From Lepidodermella squamata (Eukaryota > Animalia > Gastrotricha): a stretch of DNA of 64,000 nucleotides. Made by a program: the position numbers and the translations under genes. Shown piece by piece: positions 50,469-62,819 of the stretch (position 1 is the first letter of the stretch; the number at the start of each line of letters is the position of its first letter). The DNA is taken from contig JBLDXI010000013.1 in assembly GCA_047495785.1 (NCBI GenBank), positions 558,001 to 622,000 of the forward strand, read 5' to 3'. The notes under the pieces are model-generated. The model worked only from the letters and a program-made list of their open reading frames with translations, had not been told where the DNA came from and did no database searches.

Positions 50469-51092
50469 TCACCATCCCGATGGGAGGATCGTTTGTAAAG
50501 AAATTATTTCTCCGATAGCATTCAACCAAAAACCAGTGATAAATAGTAGAAACGACATCCCAGTTTCGTGAGAAGTGGGAAGTTTGAAAGGCTGACCGCC
50601 TATTGAAGGAATACCGAATCCTAACGGGAACAACAGCGTGCCGATCGAGTATAAAAGAAGAGAGCACAGGCCCCATACACCGATTCTCGGCACACCAGTA
50701 ATTCGTTTAAAATGCGTCACAACTATGAAAACAACGCCAACGTCCATTATGAATGTGCCAAATGCAATCAAGACAAAAGTCGTAAACCAAAGCGCCTCGT
50801 TGTGGTAATAGCAGTAACGTGGCACGTCCAAAACAGATGTGCAAGTCTGCAGCAGTCCAATGGATTGAGACCCTAGATTTTCAATAACATTCATTATATG
50901 ACTTCAGTCTACGACTGCCGTTCACAATCTCTCACCTGCTACATTTGAAACAATCCAACTTTGCAATATGATGCTAAAAATTGTTAAATGAGATTTTTAG
51001 TTACAATTGAAACTAATATCAAGTTACCTAGCAGTCGCCAACTGCGCCGAAAACGTGAAAAGTATGGCGGATATCAACTCGATTTTTCGCAT
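50469..51092 (-). CDS. MOSMO: Modulator of smoothened (tetraspan), 3 exons
   Basis: MRKIELISAILF, IGLLQTC and LLFPLGFGIPSIGGQPFKLP...LPSGW match MOSMO. Confidence 0.85.
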
Positions 51093-51637
51093 TATTAATT
51101 TTCTAATAAGGAATAGCAAGTTTATTAGTATGCATGACAGATACCAATTACGCGACGATCAAAGAACGCAAAAGTTTTGAGCAGACAGCGGCGATGAAGC
51201 TTTCAAGCTACCATTCATTTCACTGAAATAAAAACTGAAATGGTTCTAATAATATTTTTCAACTTTGCGCTATATGGTAACTTGGATGTGTATTGATGAG
51301 AAGCGTTGCTATAGCTGGAAACTACATCCCGCGTCAATCGATAATCCACTATCATACTGAACGAGCATGAAGCATAGAATAAAGCATAAAAGAGAAAGGT
51401 GATACTTCGCGTAACGGATGGCGGGCGTCGGCAGGAAAATCAATTACACTATGAGAAAAAGATAGCAAAAGTTGATCAAAAATTAAAATTGTTTGCAAAA
51501 TCAAAAAATAAATTAAATTTTATATCCGGCAAAAAAAAAATATGTGAAAAACAAAAAAGAAGAAAAGCTTCCTACGCAACCGACGAGCATTGCAGCAGCT
51601 TGCATAACAGATGAACTGAGAGACATTATACCCCAAG

Positions 51638-51766
51638 TTCGCAAGGTCATCACAGATTACAGCTATAATTATTGAGTCTTCACCGCCTTTATAAGCTACA
51701 ACTTCGCAAGGTCATCTCAGATTACAGGTATAATTATTGAGTCTTCACCGCCTTGATAAACTACAA
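51638..51766. repeat. Two tandem copies of a 65-bp unit
   Basis: TTCGCAAGGTCATCWCAGATTACAGSTATAATTATTGAGTCTTCACCGCCTT... begins at 51638 and at 51703. Confidence 0.92.
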
Positions 51767-51897
51767 AGCTACAAAGAAGCTCGCGTTCCTTTCTTTTTTT
51801 CGACTCTGTCAAACAGCAAATTGTATCCTGATGTTCCAATTTTACTTCATTTTATCATTTAGGACTTAACGACAAATTGTTGCGCCTTCACTAAAAA

Positions 51898-52765
51898 ATG
51901 AGCTTGAAGAAAATCACTCCAATAACACAGTCTTTCTCCATCTTGGTTAAATTTGTAAAAATTCAGCGAGGGTGAGACATTATCTTCTTAAATACATACT
52001 TTACACTTCATACTTTATTCTTTTTTAGCTTGCAAGAGGACGGATCAGTACGCTACTGGAATGGCGAAATTGTCGACGAGACGGGCTATGGCATGCATAT
52101 CGCCTGCTTTAAAGATGTCGCTAACTCCACTTGGTCGACAGTTGAAAACTTGCCGTTCATCACTTTGCAAACGCCATCTGTCCAGGTAAAAAAATGCCTT
52201 ATTTTAACATCATTGTTTTTCGACATCATGCATTTTCAGCCGATGAAGCAGCAGTTCAAAGGCCACTTATCAAGCGATTATCAAATTATTATCACTGACG
52301 CCGCCCAATTGGCTGCTACCACCAAGACCTTCAAAGTAGATAACGGAGCCCTGGATATTGATCACATTGGTGATCTGAAAACAACAAAAATCGGCCTAAA
52401 CATCAATTTGTCTGGCGTCATCACAAAAATTAACAAACGCCAAACGGCTGAAAAGGTAATTTCATACTTTCTTCAAAGCAAACTCGACATAAAATGTTGT
52501 ACATTAGAGTGATTTCATGACGGCGATGCTTTGCGATCCAACAGGAGCAGTTCAAGTCTCCATATTTGGACCTGTGGACCTTAGCAATACAACCGTCGTA
52601 CGCATCACCAACGCTAAGTTCATGACGTTGCCATCAAACGGACAAAAGCACATGAGAATCGACCAACATTCGGCGATGGTCGTTGACACCAAGAACGCGG
52701 CTCTCAACAAGTGGGTTGACGCAGGCATGACGCCCGAAAACGAAGATGCATACATGATTATATAA
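51898..52765 (+). CDS. Helitron-borne RPA70-like ssDNA-binding protein (two OB folds), 4 exons
   Basis: WNGEIVDETGYGMHIACF and INLSGVITKI...AMLCDPTGAVQVSIFG..VVRITNAK are OB-fold patterns. Three GT-AG introns preserve the frame. Confidence 0.78.
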
Positions 52766-52871
52766 ATTTACTCAAACGCGGTCCTTCTTGCTCAAAGTCT
52801 TCGCATCTTAATTCTGTACACCAGTTTGTACAAAGTACAACCGTTTACCGTGGACCATTATGAGGCAATGA

Positions 52872-53051
52872 GGCAATCTTCTATTTTGTAAAAAACTATT
52901 TCTGTGCAATTTCGTGTGAGTATTCAATCATGGCAATCTTCTATTTTGTAAAAAACTATTTCTGTGCAATTTCGTGTGAGTATTCAATCATGGCAATCTT
53001 CTATTTTGTAAAAAACTATTTCTGTGTAATTTCGTGTGAGTATTCAATCAT
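52872..53051. repeat. Minisatellite, 60 bp x 3
   Basis: GGCAATCTTCTATTTTGTAAAAAACTATTTCTGTGYAATTTCGTGTGAGTATTCAATCAT at 52872, 52932 and 52992. Confidence 0.97.
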
Positions 53052-53628
53052 GAGCAAAAATCATTAATATTCTCATCTACATCTCATCTTCTCTCGAGTA
53101 TTTTTTACCATTTTTTGTTACATAGTTTTGTTTGGTTACATAGTTTACAATAGTTTTGTTACATTTGACTCAATTTTGGTATTACTCTGGCTCAAGTTGA
53201 AAACATCTGACACATTGCTTCCGATTATACTGCTTACAAGACTCAACATACTAATTTGGGAATATTTCTTCATATCGTTTCGTTTATATGGTTAGTGACA
53301 GTTCAGCTCGGTGTTCATGTACATTTTGCTTTGTGTCTGTACGCATAAAAAACCGTCTTTTTGTTAACGCAATGATCGGCTACTGGCCATCGACAGCAAT
53401 CTTACCTTCTCTTTCTGTTTCTCTCCTCTTCTGCTGTATAATAAATCTTCTCTTTCTACTTCTCTTCTCTTCCGCTGAATGTATTACCCAATTTATATTT
53501 TTTTATTTCAACAACTCGCCGCCTCCGCCTACTGATTTTAAGATGAGAAAATGACAATCTAATTACTGTTTGATACATTAGCCTAATAAAGCTGTCATTA
53601 TGGTTTTTAGAATTTTGGATTTCATTTT

Positions 53629-56600
53629 ATGAAACGAATCCCTTCGATTTCCGTTTCGAAATTGAAACGGCCGATAAACAAAGAAGAAGAAGAAAGGGAA
53701 CATACGCCAGAGGTATAACAGATATTTTCTGTTATTTGCTATTTGCTATTTGCTTTTCTATTCATTGAAGTTTATGAAGCGAACAATCCCCTCTATTTCT
53801 ATAAATAAATTGAAACGGCCAAGTGAAGAAATGAAAAAGCAGGAAGAACACATCGAAAAGAAGAATCTGAGCACGGAGGTAAAACATAATGCTCGGATAA
53901 TATAATAATTATTCATATTGCTTCTTGGTACAGATTGCTACCAAACCGGTATATTTTTCTCAAACCGGGGCTCTCGATTCAAAGCGCGCGAAGGCGAAGC
54001 CCATTTTAATTAACAAAGTTAAGCCTGAGTCCGCTAAGGTAAACATACTACATACGCGGAATGAATATTATTTAAACAACGCTATCCCATTGTAGGAAAG
54101 TGTAGCTAATTATGACTCTTTACACCATGGAGCCAATACAAGTAAAGTTGGCGGAAAAAACGAGCAAACTTCTACGGTTGTAGCGGTTATCAATGACGCT
54201 GAACAGCCAAAAATTATCGTACAGACACCGAAAGTTGATGATGCTCTCCCTGCAAGACTTTATATCGGTAAAATGCAATTCATTTGCGACTTCTGTGGAG
54301 CCCGATTATGGCAGCAAGAATTATCTCCATCGAAGGATGGCTGTATTACTAGCAGCGTCTGCTGCAGAAATGGTCGCGTGAAACTGCCCAAACTTCCACC
54401 TCCTCCAATTGAATATCTAAATTTGCTGCGAGGCGACGACAAAACTAGCCACAATTTTCGAAAATTTATAAGAGCCTATAACAGCGTCAACGCATTAGCG
54501 TGGATGCGAGTTTCCGGGAAAATTGCAGAAAGTCAAATGAAGCCCCACCGTGCTGACCACGGCCCCTATTTTGTGGTACTTCACGGTCAAGTGTATCATA
54601 TTGTCGGCTCGCTGTTCGTTAATGCTGGATGCCAACCTAAGTTTTCGCAACTGTGGGTTCACGACCAAGAACAAGCTTTGGAAAATCGACTACATGTGAT
54701 GGACAATTTGGATAGGAATACCTTAGCTTTGCTTCAACGACTTCTGCAAACTTACAATCCCTACATCAAGATCTTTCAGCAAGCAGCTGAGTTTTATAAA
54801 ACACAGCCCGATGACGTGCAATTTGTCCTGGCACCGAACAACAATGACCGTCAATTTGATGCCGTTGCTTGCAATGAGGTTGCGGTTATTTTACCCGGCA
54901 GCGAAGACCAACGCGCCAACCACAGAGAGATAATTATCAAAAATCGTTCATCCAACAAGACCGAAGACCTTCGTCGCATTGATGAAACCAACCCGTTGTA
55001 TGATCCATTGGCATACGTCCTCATTTTCTTCGCCGGCGGAAAAGGTTGGGAACCAGGTATTCCACACACCGATAATAAGGGTCATGTTTCGCCTCGAGAT
55101 TTTGCTGCCTATTTGCTGCAAGATCGAAATGACCCAGATGACGTACTACTTGATAGCGGCCGTCTATTTCATCAATTTGCTGCAGACATGGCGGCAAAAA
55201 TTGAAACTGAAGAGCTTCGATATATTAAACATCACCTTAATAAATGGCGGGCCTCCCCATGGAACGACGTACAAAATGCCGCTCACGAGGCAAAATCTTC
55301 TCGCCAAAATCGAACCGATCTTCAAACCGCGTCAGATTTGGGAACCCGCGTCTTTCTACCAAGCACTTTCACACGGGGTCGTCGTTATATGCTGCAATTG
55401 TACTACGATTCCATGGCAATCGTCCGCGAAAAAGGCAAACCAGATCTTTTCCTCACCATCACTTGCAATCCAGGTAATTACCTAGGCAAGCTTTGCTAAG
55501 ATTTTAATGAAATTTCATTTTCAACTTCCTAGCATGGCCAGAAATCGTACAGTCGCTGCACCAACACCAAACCGCAAACGACAGGCCTGACTTATGTTGT
55601 AGAGTTTTTCGTATCAAGTTGGAAGAATTGAAGCAAGATCTCTTTCAATCGCAACTTTTCGGACCGGTGGTCGCGCATATCCACGTGATAGAATTTCAAA
55701 AGCGCGGGTAATTTTATTTTACACTAACATTTCTTGCCGGCATACTATTTCGTTCACTTTTTGTAGATTACCACATGCGCACATTTTGATTACGTTCGCG
55801 GAAGGGTCAAAGCTCGAAACCAGCTCAACAATCGACGCTTTAATTTCGGCCGAGCTACCAAACAAACAAGATTATCCTGAACTATTTGAAATCGTCTCAA
55901 AATTTATGATCCATGGCCCGTGTGGCGCGATAAACCCATCATCTCCTTGCATGGTCAAGCAGAATGGTCGCTTAAAATGCAAAGCCAACTACCCGAAGTC
56001 CTTCTCCGACTCAACCAGCCTCAACGAAAATGGATTTACTCTCTACCGACGGCGTGACAATGGTGTTTTCGTCGAAAAGGGCCATCATCAATGCGACAAC
56101 CGCTGGGTTGTACCTTACAACCCGGTTCTTTCAACGAAGTACAACTGCCATATCAATTTCGAAAAAGTCAACACAGTACAAGCAGTGAAATATTTATATA
56201 TGTACTTCTACAAAGGTGCAGACATGGCTTCTATAACATTCGGCAAAGACGAAATCAAATGCTACGAAAATGGTCGCTATCTGTCAGCGACGGAGGGTAT
56301 CTGGCACATTTTCAGTTTTCCGATGCATCAGGAACGGCCGAATGTTGTGCGACTACCCGTTCATGAACCAGACAAACAGCATGTCCTATTTCACGACGAC
56401 GACATTGTCATCGATTTGCCTGAGAACATTTCACATGACACTCAACTGACTCAATGGTTTCTTTACAACAAATCCCATAACGATTGTCGTCATCTGTTGT
56501 ACACGGAATTTACCAAGTATTTCAGCTGGTGTGCCGATGGCAAAGTCTGGAGGGCAAGGCAACATGCTAACCATGAAGTCGTTTCACGGCTTCAGTTTGT

Positions 56601-58745
56601 CTATCCGAACAACGTCGAGCGCTATGCCATCAAACTACTGCTTCAACATCAGCCTGGAATCGATAGCTTTGAAGCTTTGAGAACAATTGGTTCTACCCAA
56701 TACCAAACTTTCACCGAGGCGGCCGTTGCTTTAGGTCTTCTTCATTCCCCGAAACAGTGGGTCAGAACATTTGAAGAAGCCGCTCTTTGGAAAACTGCTT
56801 CAAGCCTCCGGCATTTGTTCTCTGCATGTCTTATCTCATGCAATCTTCCCGATCCTTACCAGGTAATCTTCCTTAATGCCTTAATAGCAAAATTTTTATT
56901 TATTCCATTCCATTCCATTTCTCAGATCTGGAAACAATTCAAAATCGACTTTTCCGATGATTTTTGGGACGCTGCTCGGAAATCGTTGTCTAAGCCCGAT
57001 TTACCCTTCTGCGAATCTTTTGAAGAACAAGCACTACTTCAAGTCGAAGAACAATTGCAACTTCATGGCAAAACTCTGAACAATTTCGCAGGTTTGTTCT
57101 CTTTTGTAAACGATATCTTTCAATTATCTCTCTTTGTTCAGGCTTCCCAGACGTTTCCACGTTTGCCAGTCATCTGTCGTCGAAATCTAACTACCACTTC
57201 GTACTTGAAACTTCTTTCGACCGCACAGAGCTCAAGATAAAAGTACGTTTTCACGCATTTTTCTTTCTTTTTTTATTACATTCGCATTCCGTGCAGGCTG
57301 ATAACGATTTTCAAATCATGAACGCAAATCAACGTCAAATAGCTTCCTTCATTTTGTCAAAAATCGCGAAATTTACGAAACAGCCTAATATCCATTTCAT
57401 CGATGCTCCTGCCGGCAGTGGCAAAACGTTTTTGCTTAATTACCTACTAAACATGGTCCGAAGTCAAGGATCTATTGCGATCGCTGTTGCATCATCCGCA
57501 GTCGCTGCCAGCCTATTGATTCGAGGTACAACAGCTCACAGTAAATTCTGCATTCCTATAGAAATCGACGAATTGTCAACATGCGCTATGGGGCCGAATT
57601 CCGCCCTTGGAGAATTGGTCATACAAGCGGCAATAATTTGTTGGGACGAGGCAGCCATGGCAAATCGGTTCATTTACGACTGCGTTGACCGAACCTTTCG
57701 AGATTTAATGAAACATATCGATCCCATCCTCGAGGAGATTCCTTTCGGTGGAAAATGTATTGTTTTGACCGCCGATTTTCGACAAACGCTACCTATAATA
57801 CAGCACGGAAGGAGAGCTGATATCGTCACTGCCTGTTTGAAATATACCAACTTTTGGGATCGAGTTTCTCAGCACTATTTGATCGAAAACATGCGCTTAC
57901 GTAAATCTCTGAATGACAAAGGCTTCACGGACCGTCAAATTGAGTTCAACGCTTTCCTGTTGTCAATCGGCAACGGCACAGCAGCAACCTTTCCAGACAT
58001 TGGGGAAAACGTGGTACAGCTTCCGTCGTACCTGTGTTTGCCATCAACTGATCCTCAGGAACTCATAAGTGCCGTATTCTCATCAAACATTTGTAACCTT
58101 TCTCCGCTCGAAATCTCCAAGCGTGCTATCCTGACGCCAAAAATTGACACAATGCTCATGCTGAATAGTCTCATTTTGAAGCGACTTCCCGGCAACGTGG
58201 TCACATCTTTCAGCTGCGACGAGGTGGATAACGGCGACCGATGTGCATATCCTGTTGAATTCCTGAATACTCTGACTCCGTCCAGCTTTCCGCCTCATCA
58301 ATTGCAGCTGAAATGTGGGATGCCTTTAATTTTGATAAGAAATTGGGATAAAGCCGCAGGCCTGTGCAACGGCACTCGGCTCATTCTTAAGTGTTATCAA
58401 CAAGATGTCCTTGACGTGGAAGTTGCATCAGGTCACTCCATGGGCAAACGTTTCTTACTTCCGAAAACACCCATGACAACAACAGACCATGACTATCCCT
58501 TCACGCTCAAACGCCTTCAATTTCCTGTGCTTCCGGCCATGGCTTTGACTCTCAATCGCGCCCAGGGTCAATCCTTTGACTACGTCGGCTTATTTTTGCC
58601 CAGTCCGCCTTTCGCTCATGGGCAGCTATACGTTGGACTTTCCAGGGCCACGGATTGCCGTAATGTCAAAGTTATGGTGTCAAGCGACTATATTATCAAT
58701 GATCAGTATTACACAAAAAACATTGTTTATAAGGAAGTTTTGTAA
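53629..58745 (+). CDS. Helitron RepHel transposase (HUH endonuclease plus PIF1-type SF1 helicase), about 9 exons
   Basis: Zn motif CDFC..CC, HUH motifs PDLFLTITCNP, IEFQKRGLPHAHIL and KYLYMYFYKG, and helicase motifs APAGSGKT, WDEAAM, DFRQTLP, RAQGQS and HGQLYVGLSR. It ends TKNIVYKEVL. All introns checked keep the frame; the start codon is uncertain. Confidence 0.95.
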
Positions 58746-58885
58746 ACCACTTGGGTTCTGAAATGTTCACGTTGTCTGCAGCTAACTTAATAAATTGCGG
58801 TTTTGCGGCATCACAAATTCGTTCACTTCATTTTTTCCATCGATTTCCTTTCAAACAGGGTTATATGCGTCAATCAGTTTGAATT

Positions 58886-59268
58886 TTTGGGTCCCCTACA
58901 GAGCAGCAGGCTTCAAAGCAAGATAAACTCGGAAAGCGGTACAAACGTCACGCAACAATAAATCGAATTAATTACGATAAAATTCGGCGTAGTTTTCTGA
59001 ATATGGACTCATCATAACTTTAGTAGTCCGGCTTATGAATTTTGAAAAAATTTCGAAAAACGACTTTTTCGACCTAAGTGAGGTCTGAGTCACATTACGG
59101 AGTTTTGATGACTTAGTTCCTCAATTTTTGGTGTGAAAAGCTAGAATAGCTGACCATCATGTTAGTCCATTGGTTGAAAATCAGAGGCTAAGCCTGAGCG
59201 CCTGCTGAGAGGACTGTTTAGTGCGTTTTCCCTGCTTTCAAGCCTGCTGCTCTGTGGGGGACCCGAAT
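58886..59268. repeat. ~35-bp inverted repeat pair in the Helitron 3' region (foldback or nested MITE)
   Basis: TTTGGGTCCCCTACAGAGCAGCAGGCTTCAAAGCA (58886-58920) pairs with TGCTTTCAAGCCTGCTGCTCTGTGGGGGACCCGAA (about 59233-59267). Confidence 0.88.
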
Positions 59269-60018
59269 TTTTTCATCTGCTCCAAAAGATTTGGTTCGTT
59301 CACTTTTTGTTTGAAATTCGCGCCAACGGGTAAAAGTCTAGTGCGTCATTAGATTCCAAATTAAATTGTTGTCAATAATTAAATTACTGCGTTTATTATT
59401 ATCATTGTAAATTAACAAAAATATATCTGAAAATTAAACAACAATAAAGAAACACGTCTGGCAGTTTATCAAAAGAAACTCCAGTTCAGTTTCCCCGGAG
59501 TTTCGCGGATGCGGTTTATCTAAGTTTATCCAAGCTTCAAGCTCCTTATTGCAAGGTGCAAGACGCCAACCTGGTCCGGCATGTGTAATGTGTCTTAATG
59601 TCTTTTACATTAGGTTACCCGTCTCAAATTCATGCCGAAAATACTCTATATTTCGAGCTTCTATTATCAATTACATGGTATTAATCGAAATGATAGTAAC
59701 GCTTCTTACTTATTTTCTTCGAATAATAAGTAGTTGTATCCCCCGCGTCACATTATAGGCTGCCCATTTTTCGTCCATTATTTTGAATGAGCTCATATAC
59801 TTTTGATGGGCTAGAACCCCTGACTCTTGACTTTTACAAAGCTGAGAAGTTGTCCATTGTCCATTTTATAATGTATGGTTTATGACCAACCAAGTAATAC
59901 TGTACCGCACTCCTTAATTGACTTTTGCACATGTGGAAATAATATAAACTTTACCGTTCCTAATTTACAATAGGCCGGATTCGAGATAAACACTTTGATA
60001 ACAAATTATCACACTATA

Positions 60019-60438
60019 ATGGCTCTCAAAACTCAAAGCCACGATCAAATCCGGACTAATTTACCGATTGCGAGCGGCAAAGCACCTCAGTTGAAGGGTT
60101 TACGACTAGCCGATGACAATGTATCCAAAAGTCATGCGGTTAACGTGAATCCAGTGAAAGCGGTTGACACCAACGTTGACTCGTTCGGCGAAATCGAACA
60201 TGCTCATTTTGATCGAAGCTCAGTGGCTGACTGGGGTGGCTGGTGGAATCAAGCCGATGCTTGTTATTACCAGTCGTTACTGCCTGACGTAATGGCGTCT
60301 CTGCGTGACATGCCTGTTTGCTCTGCACCAGCATTTGTCCCTCTAAAAGCTAATTCCGCTCATTGTGAGATGAGGGATTTTCAGTTTCAAGAGCCGGGCA
60401 TTGATGCTTCATCATTCGATTCCGAAGATGGCTACTGA
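60019..60438 (+). CDS. Small disordered protein, tentatively securin-like
   Basis: A 139-codon ORF follows an acceptor at about 59972. It has an RxxL motif (RTNL), FGEIEHA and an acidic C-terminus. Confidence 0.5.
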   Translation: MALKTQSHDQIRTNLPIASGKAPQLKGLRLADDNVSKSHAVNVNPVKAVDTNVDSFGEIEHAHFDRSSVADWGGWWNQADACYYQSLLPDVMASLRDMPVCSAPAFVPLKANSAHCEMRDFQFQEPGIDASSFDSEDGY

Positions 60439-60771
60439 CATTCATGCGACTTCATCTTTGTTCGCTCAATCCCGTGAATCTTTCTTACTTGGCTCAATTT
60501 TTTATCATTTAATGCGGATCTACTGAAATGATTTTAAATCCAACTATGTAGGCCCGCATTTCGCTAGATCTCATTAATTAGACGTTGAAGTTATTGCTTA
60601 CCCGCGCTTTTATTTGCGTGTCATCTTACCAAACTCGTCAGACAAGTTACGCGCAAATAATTGTTGAATAAACGCTTTGAATTTGTTGCATTTCAACATC
60701 TTTTAGTAAATACATGTTGTGACGTCCTGATGTTTTTATTTTAGGGATTTTACTAAAAATCCACTTACCTA

Positions 60772-62374
60772 ATGGGACAGCGACACAGTCTGACGGAACA
60801 CGACCGACGTAGATTGCACCGACGTTTGCCACATGTGGACATTGACTTTTTGATCACACATATATGGAAGAAAGTTTGCACTGATCACGGCTGCGCAATT
60901 GATAGCAACAAATTTTCGAGATTCCTAGCGGATTGCGGTGTTCCGCCGTTATGGATTCAGCGAATGATCCCACTTGCTATTCGCATTGTAAACGACAACT
61001 CAACCCAAGCCATGTCAAATTTCCTATCTTTCTGTGCTATTTTCATATCTGACGAATCACAATGTCTAACAGAACTTATCAATGTTTCACTTGTTGAAGA
61101 CGCAAGCGACAAGAAGAAAAGCTATAGCAAAGAAATACTCAAGACGCGACTTTCAAATGTATGCTTCCATTTACTTCATCGAGTTTATTAATTCATCAAA
61201 TTTTACATTCAGTTTTTGCTCGAATTATTGGATCTATATGTTGTAGTGGCGAAAGGCAGCGCCGAGTATCAGCGATGGCGTTTCACCGAGGTTTACTCAT
61301 CCATAGCGCTTGCGAAATGTCTGCTTCAAGGCGTAGAGAGCGGCATTGCCATAAATTACAAAGAATTGAAGAGCTGGATATCGAAAAATGTGCTGATTCG
61401 CAAATTAGTCAGTTCGATATTTAGATATGTCTTCAAAATGCCGGCGGTTGGTTTCAATCGTTTTTAGTTACATTTTTGTATACATTTTCGAATTCTCTTG
61501 CAGATTAATGAACAAATTCTACCTTCGGTTTTCGGCCTATCTCGTTTGGCGGCGAATTCTTCAGACAAACCTACAGTTATATTCGATTGTTTGGCGCTTG
61601 CATTCATCTCAACCCAATTGCCTTCAGATTTGCGCGGGGAATTTCGTCTATTATACTCCAATTACGTTCATGGCAATAATTTTTCTGAACTTGTCACAAG
61701 AATTTCAAACGCCGGGTCCGTCGTTATTGTCGTTCGAGATGTAAACGGTGCGATATTTGGTGGCTTTTCACGCTCAAACTGGGTAGCTAAACCTGTATTT
61801 TTTGGTTCCAATGACTGCTTCCTGTTTTCAATCGTGCCTAAAATGAATGTTTACCGATCGAGTGGTGCCGATGGCAATTTCATGTTTCTCAATGTAAACG
61901 AAGAATCTACCTTCAATGGCATCGGAATGGGTGGTCAGCTGGGCCATTTTGGCTTGTTTATCAACGGCGAATGCACGTACGGTTACGGTACGAGTAACCC
62001 GTGCAAAACATATGATTCGCCTCAGCTTTCGAGTACTCATCACTTTAGAATCAATTGTTTAGAAGTTTGGTCAGTGACCGCGCCGAGTAAGCTTCTCATC
62101 GCTGCTGGTATTGACGAAGAATTGGTAATTTATTGTAGCCATAGTCTTCATTTCTTATTTGTATTATTGCATTATTTAGGAGAAAAGGAGAAGCATTCTT
62201 GACAAAGATCCTGCTGCTTTGAAGCTGCTGTCCATGGCTGGGCGAGGCCCTTTCAGCGAAGGCTTCCGCCAGGCGATATCAACCCCGAACATTTCTTTCG
62301 ACATGAACGCATCACGGAACAGTTACGGCTGTAACTTATCTCGGTCCAACGACAATTGGGATTTTGCTCACTAA
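60772..62374 (+). CDS. MEAK7: TLDc-domain protein MEAK7/TLDC1, 4 exons
   Basis: MG N-terminus, TLDc domain (LLYSNYVHG, IFGGFS, CFLFSI, GIGMGG, TYDSPQLS, LEVW) and C-terminal SILDKDPAALKLLSMAGR..SEG. Confidence 0.9.
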
Positions 62375-62819
62375 TTTCTAACTATAGTGCCAGTTTTGTT
62401 GGTTGCTGATGTGCTTCCATGCCTTATTCTTAATCATAAACTCTTTCACATCTCTTCCGGCTTCTTTCAAAAACATCGTGCAAATAATTGTCATGCTTTC
62501 TCAGGAATTATTTTGTTGTGAAAGAATCTTGACATGCTATCAAAATTAGAGCTATTATAATGAAATCTTCCGAATTTTCTATTTTCATATGGGAATTGCG
62601 TGCAAAATTCACCTTTTTGACTTGAAACTCAGAATATACGTAAACCTCAACCGGTCTCGCGATGCCTGACTTCTTATTGTGCTTTATCATTTATCGATAG
62701 ATCTTAATATTTTCGAAGCTAAATGCCATTTTTACCCTAAATCAGTGCAAAGTAAAACTGACAGGCTTTCTCTTTAAATCTCAATCAAATTTTTTTATTT
62801 ATTTATTAGAGAAATTAAA

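Larger units (their letters stand above)
51345..59341 (+). mobile_element. Autonomous Helitron with RPA-like and RepHel genes
   Basis: Contains RepHel and RPA-like ORFs and internal tandem repeats. The 3' end is CTAG|T at 59338-59342 after a weak GC-rich hairpin. The 5' A|TC boundary is uncertain (51345 or 51352). Confidence 0.85.

Noticed and set aside
51268-51320. RFX X-box-like half sites upstream of MOSMO
   Set aside because: Neither site matches the full 14-bp consensus.
52872-53051. CRISPR-like periodicity
   Set aside because: Head-to-tail repeats without unique spacers, in a eukaryotic context.
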